Positions 1 to 7,727 of a stretch of 64,000 nucleotides of DNA are shown here, piece by piece. Positions within the stretch are counted from its first letter, which is position 1. Each line of letters begins with the position of its first letter. Below the pieces are notes generated by a model. It was given only the letters and a program-made list of their open reading frames with translations. It did not search any database and had not been told where the DNA came from. Origin of the DNA: Acholeplasmataceae bacterium (GTDB lineage: Bacteria; Bacillota_I; Bacilli_A; Acholeplasmatales; Acholeplasmataceae); the NCBI GenBank assembly GCA_963675245.1, contig OY775910.1:1088001-1152000 (forward strand). Reading direction: 5' to 3'. The translations under genes were made by a program, and so were the position numbers.

Positions 1-459
1 GTTGATTCAGCAACCATTAATCCTTCACTTGAAGTGATGACAGCTTTTGGTTTAAACGTTAACGTTGATAAACCATTAAAAGATGTAAAGTCATCTGATT
101 ATGATTTTCTAGTTATTCCTGGTGGTGCATATGTCTCACAAGTCGTTGATAAAGACAAAATAATCAAAAAACTAGCAACATCGTTTTTTGATCAGGATAA
201 ATTAATATGTGCGATTTGTGCTGGTCCGAGGTTCTTAGGACAAGCTGATTTGTTAGATGGTAAAAAGTTCACGTGTTTTCCTGGTAGTGAAATCGATATG
301 CCAAAGGGTAAATATCTACCTAAAAAGAAGGTCGTGAAAGATGGCAATATCATCACAGCACGTGGTGCTGGTGTCGTTTATGATTTCGCTTATGAAATCA
401 CGAAGACACTCAAAGGAGAGCCAGCAGCAAAAGAATTATTGAAACGAATTCAGTATTAA
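1..459 (+). CDS. DJ-1/PfpI (ThiJ/YajL-like) family protein, probably 5'-truncated by window edge
   Basis: IPGG, AICAGP nucleophile-Cys motif and ITARGAG; the frame is open from position 1. Confidence 0.85.
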   Translation, partial: VDSATINPSLEVMTAFGLNVNVDKPLKDVKSSDYDFLVIPGGAYVSQVVDKDKIIKKLATSFFDQDKLICAICAGPRFLGQADLLDGKKFTCFPGSEIDMPKGKYLPKKKVVKDGNIITARGAGVVYDFAYEITKTLKGEPAAKELLKRIQY

Positions 460-460
460 A

Positions 461-486
461 AAAATGATTTGAATAAACAAATCATT
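461..486. terminator. Bidirectional intrinsic terminator between convergent genes
   Basis: AAAATGATTTG-aataaa-CAAATCATTTT inverted repeat. Confidence 0.65.
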
Positions 487-1053
487 TTAGCTTGCTAGAG
501 ATGCTAAAGCAATAACAAAGCTAATAATCGTAATAATCACTAAAAATATAACAAAACCATAGATGAAATTAACTTGTGAGGACATCTTATCAATCGCGAG
601 CGTATTTTTGATTGTAATCTGTTCAATGATCTCATTATCACTTAATGGCGTTATTATTGTAAAAGTAAATGTATCTTTATAATAACCAAATTGATTATCA
701 TAATAATACGAACTCACCCAAACACCATCAACACCATTCCTTTTTTCATAAACATGATCTGGTAGATTAGCGTAATTAGCTTTATAATAGGCTTCGATGT
801 CATCAATGATAAGTGGATCTGTGATTTGTAAAGGTTCCTTTTTAACAAAAGGTGGTAATGTTTCTAGATGAGCATATTGCTCCTGATTATCTTCAAGAAT
901 GTGTCCTTTTATTTGGAAATGAATATCACTAGGTAAATCTAATCCCTGGTAAAGCATCTCAGCATATGATGATATAAGTTTTTCATCAACAATGTCGCTC
1001 TTATGCTCAGTTAAAATACCTAATTCATTTAACGCTTTAGATTGATACATCAT
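487..1053 (-). CDS. Hypothetical protein with C-terminal membrane anchor
   Basis: 188-aa ORF, GGAGGA RBS upstream on the minus strand, hydrophobic C-terminus. Confidence 0.7.
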   Translation of the reverse strand: MMYQSKALNELGILTEHKSDIVDEKLISSYAEMLYQGLDLPSDIHFQIKGHILEDNQEQYAHLETLPPFVKKEPLQITDPLIIDDIEAYYKANYANLPDHVYEKRNGVDGVWVSSYYYDNQFGYYKDTFTFTIITPLSDNEIIEQITIKNTLAIDKMSSQVNFIYGFVIFLVIITIISFVIALASLAS

Positions 1054-1198
1054 AATTCCTCCCCGTTGTATACATTCATTTCATTCTATCATGAATGAAA
1101 AAAAGGGTCAATAAGCAGTAAAAAACAAGGATTTGACGATATCAAATACATTGATAAAACGTATTCATTATCTATTGATAAAATATTAATTGATTGTC

Positions 1199-1226
1199 TT
1201 GACATTTTATAATTTGTTGGTATAAT
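1199..1226 (+). promoter_or_regulatory. Sigma70-type promoter of tRNA operon
   Basis: TTGACA-N16-TATAAT with extended TG. Confidence 0.7.
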
Positions 1227-1247
1227 TATATGTGCTGCTAGTTTGTT

Positions 1248-1323
1248 GGCCCGTTGGAGAAACGGTTAACTCACATGCCTTTCACGCATGCATTCACGGG
1301 TTCGAATCCCGTACGGGTCACCA
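1248..1323 (+). tRNA. tRNA-Glu(TTC)
   Basis: Cloverleaf GGCCCGT...ACGGGTC-ACCA, anticodon loop CTTTCAC, GTTCGAATC T-arm. Confidence 0.97.
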
Positions 1324-1377
1324 TCTTACCAACAACGCAGTAAGCGTTATACATATGAGTTATTTAACTCAGTTTAA

Positions 1378-1454
1378 GTACCCATAGCTCAATTGGATAG
1401 AGCGCTTGACTACGGATCAAGAGGTTGGGGGTTCAAGTCCTCTTGGGTACGCCA
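1378..1454 (+). tRNA. tRNA-Arg(ACG)
   Basis: GTACCCA...TGGGTAC-GCCA, anticodon loop CTACGGA. Confidence 0.97.
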
Positions 1455-1459
1455 TTTAT

Positions 1460-1536
1460 CGGGAAGTAGCTTAGCTTGGTAGAGCGCCTGGTTTGGGACC
1501 AGGAGGTCGCAGGTTCAAATCCTGTCTTCCCGACCA
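1460..1536 (+). tRNA. tRNA-Pro(TGG)
   Basis: CGGGAAG...CTTCCCG-ACCA, anticodon loop TTTGGGA. Confidence 0.97.
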
Positions 1537-1543
1537 TTCAATT

Positions 1544-1617
1544 GCGGGCGTAGTTCATCGGTAGAACCTCAGCCTTCCAAGCTGATGAGGTGGGTTCGAT
1601 TCCCATCGCCCGCTCCA
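1544..1617 (+). tRNA. tRNA-Gly(TCC)
   Basis: GCGGGCG...CGCCCGC-TCCA, anticodon loop CTTCCAA. Confidence 0.97.
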
Positions 1618-1629
1618 TAAGAGTAGAAT

Positions 1630-1662
1630 AGGTCTGATACATTCGGTATCATACCTTTTTTT
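1630..1662 (+). terminator. Intrinsic terminator carried by cassette 1 left end (terminates tRNA operon)
   Basis: AGGTCTGATAC-attcg-GTATCATACCT followed by T-run. Confidence 0.7.
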
Positions 1663-1770
1663 ATGCCTTTATTTAGCCGTTTCTATATTTTGACATTGTA
1701 CTAAAATAGATAATTCCATAGATGTGAAATACCCTGTTTTGATACAATTTTAGTAGAAATTAAGAATCCT

Positions 1771-1820
1771 TTACACGATTATATTTCAAAATACACGATT
1801 TAAATTGGATTTACACGATT
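1771..1820 (+). repeat. 3x (T/A)TACACGATT direct repeat, 20-bp period (putative recombinase arm sites)
   Basis: Copies at 1771, 1791, 1811; equivalent triads at 3511/3531/3551 and 5584/5604/5624. Confidence 0.8.
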
Positions 1821-1978
1821 TCAAAATTTTTAGGTTATAAGAGTTCTTTTAGTGTATAATATAACGTAGTATTTGGCCGTATTCGGCATATGCAACTTTC
1901 CGTTGCTAATATGTAAGTACATCTATTCTTGAGTAGGAATGTTCTTTTATGTAGTATTGAATCAAAGGAGGAATCAAC

Positions 1979-2308
1979 ATGGAATATTTTGGATTAAAAT
2001 TACAAACTTTAAGAAAAAAAGCATCTATGTCACAAGACGATTTAGCTTCATTAATAGGTGTTAGTAGACAAGCTATTAGTAAATGGGAAAGATCAGATGG
2101 ACTACCAGATTTATACAATGTCAAAAAAATTGCAGAGGTCTTCAATATCACTATTGATGAATTAATGGATATTGAGATAAAACCAATTGATATGGACAAA
2201 GTTAAAACAAATAAATTAGCACTTGCATTTTTAACTGTACCAGGAGCAATTTTAGCGTTTTTATCAATTATTGCTTTAATCGAATTTTTAGGAGGTATAG
2301 TGTTATGA
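1979..2308 (+). CDS. XRE-family HTH regulator with C-terminal TM helix
   Basis: LRKKASMSQDDLASLIGVSRQAISKWE; AGGAGG RBS. Confidence 0.85.
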   Translation: MEYFGLKLQTLRKKASMSQDDLASLIGVSRQAISKWERSDGLPDLYNVKKIAEVFNITIDELMDIEIKPIDMDKVKTNKLALAFLTVPGAILAFLSIIALIEFLGGIVL

Positions 2309-3171
2309 TTTTTCAAGGCGGATTTACAATCTCAACATTGTTTGCTTTAGTAGTACCAGTTATAGGTGTAACATATTTATTCTCGCTATATAATCTTTAC
2401 ATAGGTAGAAATGTTTTAAAACATAAGTACATTATTCTAGGAATGAACTTTACATTCTTGTTTGGGTATATTATTATTTTGTTCAATATACCTGAATACA
2501 ATCACATTCCACTTATAGTATTATTGATTTTGATTTTAGCTATAATAGTTTTAGGTATTATTGGTGGGTTTTTGTATGAACAAGAACGAAGTCGTAATTA
2601 TATTGATAAGTATGCTCATTTAACAAAAAGATTACTTTTTGCTGTAAAATCGACATATGGATTTGTTGGTCTAGTTTTTATTGCATTCTTTTCTTATACT
2701 TTGTTGACACATGAAATTGAAGTCGTAAACAGAATTTCATATTATTTTGAACAGCCAGATAATGTTGATACTCCATTGTATGGTTATGTCGAGGTGTCTA
2801 CTGATGATGAAGTTACTATTGTTGTTGAAGGTATACATTTGGATTACTCTATTGAGGAGATTAAACAAGTTGAAGTTTACATAAACGATACCTTAGTCCA
2901 CACAAGTGTTAATATTGAAGGGTTCTTGACTAATGAAAATTACAATAGTGAGTATATCGTAATAATTGAAGAACAACCTTCTCAAGGATTTATGTTGAAT
3001 TATGTTTTCGATTATGACTTTGATTCTATGGAAGATTTTGGATCAACTGTTAATGTTAGTATAGTGCTAAGTACTCAGGATAATGTATTCACTTATGATT
3101 ATTCTAGTGTGGATTATAGTTGTGGTTATCAAAACAAGATAGTACCAATTTGGATAAAAGAAGAAAATTAG
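2305..3171 (+). CDS. Hypothetical membrane protein (~4 TM plus extracellular domain)
   Basis: 288-aa ORF, ATGA overlap with upstream HTH gene. Confidence 0.7.
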   Translation: MIFQGGFTISTLFALVVPVIGVTYLFSLYNLYIGRNVLKHKYIILGMNFTFLFGYIIILFNIPEYNHIPLIVLLILILAIIVLGIIGGFLYEQERSRNYIDKYAHLTKRLLFAVKSTYGFVGLVFIAFFSYTLLTHEIEVVNRISYYFEQPDNVDTPLYGYVEVSTDDEVTIVVEGIHLDYSIEEIKQVEVYINDTLVHTSVNIEGFLTNENYNSEYIVIIEEQPSQGFMLNYVFDYDFDSMEDFGSTVNVSIVLSTQDNVFTYDYSSVDYSCGYQNKIVPIWIKEEN

Positions 3172-3180
3172 ATGTTAGAT

Positions 3181-3375
3181 TTAGGGTTTGATGCCCAGTA
3201 TTTAATAGATAGTTGAATAACCTATTTTGATACAAAGAAATTACTACCTGAAAAATATCCGAAAATAAAAAGCCTAAACTAAGCCATAATTTAGGGGTGT
3301 AATTTTTTCGGGTGGGGGTGTAAAAATTTTGGCTAGGGGTGTAAAATTGTAGCAAAATAGGTCATACAACCCATA
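3181..3375 (+). repeat. Cassette right-end element, copy 1
   Basis: Homologous to 5262-5434; imperfect 24-bp inverted repeat 3212-3235/3347-3370 and 3x GGGGTGTAA at 3294, 3315, 3336. Confidence 0.85.
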
Positions 3376-3578
3376 AGAGTAGAATAGGTTTGATACAATT
3401 GTATCAGGCTTTTTTTTACGCTATATAGCGCCGTTTCTCCATTCGCCAATATTTTTCGAAACTAAAAAACATACTAGTTTTAAGGGGTTTTTGACATTTC
3501 GATAGAATTTCTACACGAGTACATTTTAAAAAATACGATTTAAAATGGTTTTACACGATTTATTATACAAAGATATCA

Positions 3579-3607
3579 TTGCACTTATTTTAATTCTATT
3601 GTATAAT
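3579..3607 (+). promoter_or_regulatory. Promoter of TA operon
   Basis: TTGCAC-N17-TATAAT. Confidence 0.6.
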
Positions 3608-3649
3608 TATATTAGTAAGAAAGTAGGAAAGTGAGAAAAAGGTGATATT

Positions 3650-3949
3650 ATGATTATAGAATTAAGAAAGAAATCGCAGATTACGATACCTAAAGAAATT
3701 GTTGATCAATTACATCTCCAAGAAGGAGATCATCTTGAGATATCAGTTAAGGATGGTGCAGTCCTACTAGAACCGGTGGCAATATATTCTAAATCGTATA
3801 TTCAAAAATTAGAAGATACTGTTATGAGAATCAGTGAAGAACCAACCAAGTATAATGTTGGTCCTTTTAAATCTGTGGAAGATGCTATTAAATATTTAGA
3901 AGAATCTGATGAAGAAACTGAAGCTGCAGATAAAGTTAATAAACAATGA
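3650..3949 (+). CDS. AbrB/MazE/SpoVT-family antitoxin
   Basis: SQITIPKEIVDQLHLQEGD motif; C-terminal GPFKSVEDAIKYL typical of antitoxins partnering RelE-like toxins. Confidence 0.85.
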   Translation: MIIELRKKSQITIPKEIVDQLHLQEGDHLEISVKDGAVLLEPVAIYSKSYIQKLEDTVMRISEEPTKYNVGPFKSVEDAIKYLEESDEETEAADKVNKQ

Positions 3950-4212
3950 GATACGAAATACTGTTTTCAAATAAATTTAAGAAATCTTTTTCTAAACTTG
4001 AACTTTATGAAAAGAAATTATTCTATAAAAAGCTATCTTTATTTGTTGAAAATCATCAGCATCCCAGCTTGAGAACAAAAAAGATTCAAGGTAGCGAGAT
4101 ATTGTTTGAATCTAGCATAAATATGTCAATTAGAGTTATTTGGACATTTAAGGATGAATCCCTAATATTGATGTTAGATATTGGTCACCATGATATATTG
4201 AAAAGATTATAA
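3946..4212 (+). CDS. RelE/ParE/YafQ-superfamily toxin
   Basis: FSNKFKKSF...HPSLRTKKIQG...RVIW...DIGHHD; ATGA coupling to antitoxin. Confidence 0.85.
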   Translation: MRYEILFSNKFKKSFSKLELYEKKLFYKKLSLFVENHQHPSLRTKKIQGSEILFESSINMSIRVIWTFKDESLILMLDIGHHDILKRL

Positions 4213-4216
4213 TGTT

Positions 4217-4251
4217 AAACTTTGGTTTTTTGAAAAAACCAGAGTTTTTTT
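4217..4251 (+). terminator. Terminator after TA operon
   Basis: AAACTTTGGTTTTT...AAAAACCAGAGTTT followed by T-run. Confidence 0.65.
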
Positions 4252-4374
4252 GTAGTGAATTATTTTTTGTAAAATGTTATAATGTAAGAAAAATCTTACA
4301 AAAATTGTTGTATGTACTTGGTGGATGGATTATAAGATATATAATAAAATGGAAGCATCAGAGGAGGAATGAAA

Positions 4375-5247
4375 ATGAAATTCGAAAAAAATCTAGAGTT
4401 ATTAAGAAAAAGAAAAGGATTATCTCAAGAAGATCTAGCTTTAACTATTGGTGTTTCTAGGCAAACTATTTATACATGGGAAGGCGGATTAAACTATCCC
4501 AATATTCTTATGTTAAAAAAAATTGCGAATGTACTAGATGTATCAACAGATGACTTGCTTAATGGGTATGATGTTAGTAAACTACCAAAAAGATTTAAAT
4601 CTGTTGAGCTAAACTACATATCGAAACGACAAGGTGCGATTAAGTATAAAGAAGTTCCAAATTGGTTTATACCATTAAAAGAGGAAGAAGAAGTATGTAC
4701 TGCGTTATACGATGATGGTATAAAAAGTTATTCATATCACTTAACCGTTTTGAATAAGATTCTTTTACATGATAATGAGGGATATGAAGTAATGGTAGAA
4801 GAATATGACCCCCAGTTAAACAAGACAAAAACCTATTCATTAATTATTAATGAAGTTAATGATGAACTATTCTTTTTGGGGAGAATTCACTTCGAAGATG
4901 GTATTAAATGCATTGAAACATTTAAAGATAAAAAGTTTTTGAATCACTGGGGAATTGGGAAACAGTTTTTAGGACAATCAATGATTTATGATAATGCAGA
5001 AAACTATGAACTAACCATTGATGGTAAAAAGCAAAAAGCTATTAAAATTAGCTATTTCGATCCGGATGGTACAGATGATCCAAAAAATTCATATTTTGAA
5101 GTATTTTTAAATCAAGAACTACAGTCTATATTCTGGCAAAGATATACCACAGGGGTGAAATCGAAGATTCAAATCAATATTGATGGAAAGCAATATGGTT
5201 TAGGTTACCAATCATTAACAGATAGAATAAATTTGCATGAGAATTGA
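4375..5247 (+). CDS. XRE-family HTH protein with uncharacterised C-terminal domain
   Basis: LRKRKGLSQEDLALTIGVSRQTIYTWE; GAGGAGG RBS favours the ATG at 4375. Confidence 0.8.
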   Translation: MKFEKNLELLRKRKGLSQEDLALTIGVSRQTIYTWEGGLNYPNILMLKKIANVLDVSTDDLLNGYDVSKLPKRFKSVELNYISKRQGAIKYKEVPNWFIPLKEEEEVCTALYDDGIKSYSYHLTVLNKILLHDNEGYEVMVEEYDPQLNKTKTYSLIINEVNDELFFLGRIHFEDGIKCIETFKDKKFLNHWGIGKQFLGQSMIYDNAENYELTIDGKKQKAIKISYFDPDGTDDPKNSYFEVFLNQELQSIFWQRYTTGVKSKIQINIDGKQYGLGYQSLTDRINLHEN

Positions 5248-5261
5248 TTTCTGGATAAATA

Positions 5262-5434
5262 GAAGGGTTGGATACCCTACAATAAGTTGATTAGTTGAAT
5301 AACCTATTTTGACACAAGAGAATGACTACTAAAAAAATTGAAAAACAAAACCTCTAAACTAAGCCATAATTTAGGGGTGTAATTTTTTAGGATGGGGGTG
5401 TAAAATTGTAGCAAAATAGGTCACACAACCCATA
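5262..5434 (+). repeat. Cassette right-end element, copy 2 (one 21-bp repeat unit fewer)
   Basis: Shares GTTGAATAACCTATTTTGA, CTAAACTAAGCCATAATTTAGGGGTGTAATTTTTT and GGGGTGTAAAATTGTAGCAAAATAGGTCA with copy 1. Confidence 0.85.
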
Positions 5435-6260
5435 TTGAAAGCATTAGTCAGATACGATTAAGTATCAGACCTTTTTGGTCTTAATTAAACTATTTCTTGT
5501 TTATAGTGTTGTGTTAAAATAGGTAGTTTTACAGGTAGAGAATAATCTATTTTAATACATTCTTAGTAGAAAATTTGAATCTTCAACACGATTACATTTT
5601 AAAATTCATGTTTGAAATCGATTTTACTCGATTAAAGTAAAATAACTCTTTGACTAGTATGACTTGACAAAATAACCTTTAAATCCAACAAAGAAAAAGC
5701 TATAATAGAAATAGTAATAATAAATTTTTAACATAGTATTTATAGGAGGTATTTGTAGTGAAATATGTATTTAAAGATTATGATATAAGATATTTTGCAG
5801 GAATTAAATTGCCAAATGGAATTGCAGTTGAAGATACCGATAATGAAGCAGTCCCCACATTATGGAATAGATTAGTTAGTGAAGTTTTACATCATATTCC
5901 GAACATGATCCATCCTAATAAATTCATAGGCTTAGAATGTTTTAGCCCTGACTTTAAGGAGACTAGAAGATTTGATTATTATGCTTTAGTTCAAACGGAA
6001 TCATTTGTAGATAATGAAGAACATTTTGTTGCAAAGAAACTACCAAAAGGGAAATATATTTGTTTCGAAATACTGTTTAATAATTTAGATGAAGAAATAA
6101 GGAAGTGTCATAATTATATACAATCTAATAACATTAAAGTTAATACTGAATTTGACTATACCGAGTATTTAGATGGAGAAGACTATAGTAATGAAAAAGC
6201 TAAAGTACATTTTAGTTTTTTATTGATTTAGAAGTATATGATTCAAACAAGTCATACAAC
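5430..6260 (+). mobile_element. Degenerate cassette 3 (GyrI-like gene)
   Basis: Left CCATA + GATAC/GTATC hairpin + degenerate ACACGATT triad; right end GTCATACAAC-GCATA at 6251-6265. Confidence 0.55.
5758..6231 (+). CDS. GyrI-like small-molecule/effector-binding protein
   Basis: VPTLWNRL, IGLE, FDYYA, LPKGKY motifs; AGGAGG RBS with GTG start. Confidence 0.8.
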   Translation: MKYVFKDYDIRYFAGIKLPNGIAVEDTDNEAVPTLWNRLVSEVLHHIPNMIHPNKFIGLECFSPDFKETRRFDYYALVQTESFVDNEEHFVAKKLPKGKYICFEILFNNLDEEIRKCHNYIQSNNIKVNTEFDYTEYLDGEDYSNEKAKVHFSFLLI

Positions 6261-6750
6261 GCATAAGGAAATCATATGACCGATACATTATATCGGTCTT
6301 TTTGATATATTTATAAAGCATGACTTTTTTTATGAAGATTGAAGTAATAAAGTTGTTATTACTAGAGGGTTTATAAAGTTTCTTGATAAATTACGTTATC
6401 TTATACTTTTCTAAAATGAGATTAGATGATAGAATGATTCAAAAGGAAATAGTAATTTTTAAGATAATTAATACAAAAACAAGTGTTACTTATCGGCTAG
6501 AAGAGGTCATGACATAATAAAATACTGAACCTTGGACAAGTGTTGGCTTTTTATTTCACATATAAGATTACTTTTTAGATGTCAATAGATAGAATTTTCA
6601 TATATGTAGGTATGTCATTTGAACATATCATATCTAATCTAAAGAAAATAGAATATCAAGTATTAATGATAATTGAAATAACAAAATGTTATAGAATGGA
6701 TACTAAATTAATTAAAATACAATCAACTATTAAATAGGAGAAAGAAGTTA

Positions 6751-7398
6751 ATGAAAATAGAATGGAGAAAACAGTATAAGAATCTTTATTTACCAAAAAC
6801 GAAACCGGAAATTATTGAAACAGATGAAATGGCTTACATTGTTATTGAAGGTGAAGGTAGTCCAGATAGCTTACAATTTTCACAAGCAGTTGAAGCGTTA
6901 TATGCATTATCATATAGTCTTAAAATGGCTCCAAAAAAAGGGTATAACATCGATGGGTATCAAGCATATACTGTATTCCCTTTAGAAGGTGTCTGGTGTC
7001 TGAATAAAGAAGGGATAAAGATGAATGCTAAAGGTATTTCAGCAAATGATTTAAGAGACTATTATATGTTCAAAATGATGATTAGACAACCAGAATTTAC
7101 GACTAAATCACTATTTGAAGATATCAAAAAAAATGCGTATAAAAAGAAAAAGAATGAAAGCATTCTTAAAGCTGAATATAAACGTATTAAAGAACCCATG
7201 AGTTGTCAAATGATGCATATTGGTCCATATAAGACAGAGCCCAAAACATTTAAAATAATGGAAGATTTTGTCATCAAAGAAGGATATTCTAGAAAAGAGA
7301 AATATCATAAAGAAATCTATATTTCAGATCCTAGAAAAGTTGCTCCTGATAAAATGAAAACAGTACTTAGATTTGAACTTAAAAAAGAGGTTTTATAG
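6751..7398 (+). CDS. GyrI-like domain protein (Lin2189-like subgroup)
   Basis: KNLYLPK, G.G.P, AVEALY..SY, PLEG.W, MIRQP, MHIGPY..E, H.EIYISDPR motifs. Confidence 0.85.
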   Translation: MKIEWRKQYKNLYLPKTKPEIIETDEMAYIVIEGEGSPDSLQFSQAVEALYALSYSLKMAPKKGYNIDGYQAYTVFPLEGVWCLNKEGIKMNAKGISANDLRDYYMFKMMIRQPEFTTKSLFEDIKKNAYKKKKNESILKAEYKRIKEPMSCQMMHIGPYKTEPKTFKIMEDFVIKEGYSRKEKYHKEIYISDPRKVAPDKMKTVLRFELKKEVL

Positions 7399-7619
7399 TA
7401 GGGTATTCAACCCTTAATAAAGGCTTTTCTGATGAGGTTTTATCAGACTTCTTTGTCACTTTTTTAATCCTTATCTTTTGTGAATAAAACACTTGATTTC
7501 TACGCTAATGAAATGATTAAAATCGACAAATTATTGTTGTAACAATGCATATTTGATAGAGGATGACCGTAGACTGGATTAATTATTGACTTTTTATACA
7601 ATTTATGATAAACTTTTTT

Positions 7620-7695
7620 AAAGATAAAGGCAAAACTAGAGAAATCTAGTGACGCAAAGCTAAAGGGTCTTGAATAAAGATAGCCAGTTACCAAC
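7620..7695 (+). promoter_or_regulatory. c-di-GMP-I (GEMM) riboswitch
   Basis: GGCAAAA-CTAGA-GAAA-TCTAG-TGACGCAAAGCTA-AAGGG...ATAGCCAGTTACC matches the GEMM consensus; overlapping terminator ACCAAC/GTTGGT+T-run (7690-7714). Confidence 0.9.
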
Positions 7696-7727
7696 ATTTT
7701 TTTGTTGGTTTTTTGTTTGGTGCAGAA

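Larger units (their letters stand above)
1615..3370 (+). mobile_element. Integrase-less cassette 1 at tRNA-Gly 3' end
   Basis: Bounded by direct repeat CCATAAGAGTAGAATAGGT (1615-1633 = 3371-3389); conserved left end with 3x TACACGATT and conserved ~190-bp right end. Confidence 0.7.
3371..5429 (+). mobile_element. Integrase-less cassette 2 (TA module + XRE protein)
   Basis: Same end architecture as cassette 1; junction CAACCCATA at both ends. Confidence 0.7.

Noticed and set aside
1906..2316. Minus-strand 136-aa ORF and other short antisense ORFs in the track (e.g. 11030-11350, 22539-22883, 42654-43172, 46817-47161)
   Set aside because: Shadows of well-supported genes on the opposite strand
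3104..3355. Minus-strand ORF with repeated (N)FYTP peptide
   Set aside because: Artefact of translating the 21-bp GGGGTGTAA repeats; not preserved as such in copy 2
1771..3560. CRISPR array or plasmid iterons from the 20-21-bp periodic repeats
   Set aside because: Only three ~10-bp boxes per cluster with ~10-12-bp gaps; no cas or rep gene
4212..4460. 82-aa ORF after toxin
   Set aside because: Spans a terminator, promoter and operator and overlaps the next gene out of frame
3181..5434. Canonical integron attC array
   Set aside because: Inverted repeats have GTT...AAC polarity, no RYYYAAC/GTTRRRY boxes, cassettes have their own promoters, and no IntI is present
6430..6700. Possible gene remnant in cassette 4
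   Set aside because: Only short ORF fragments with no recognisable homology
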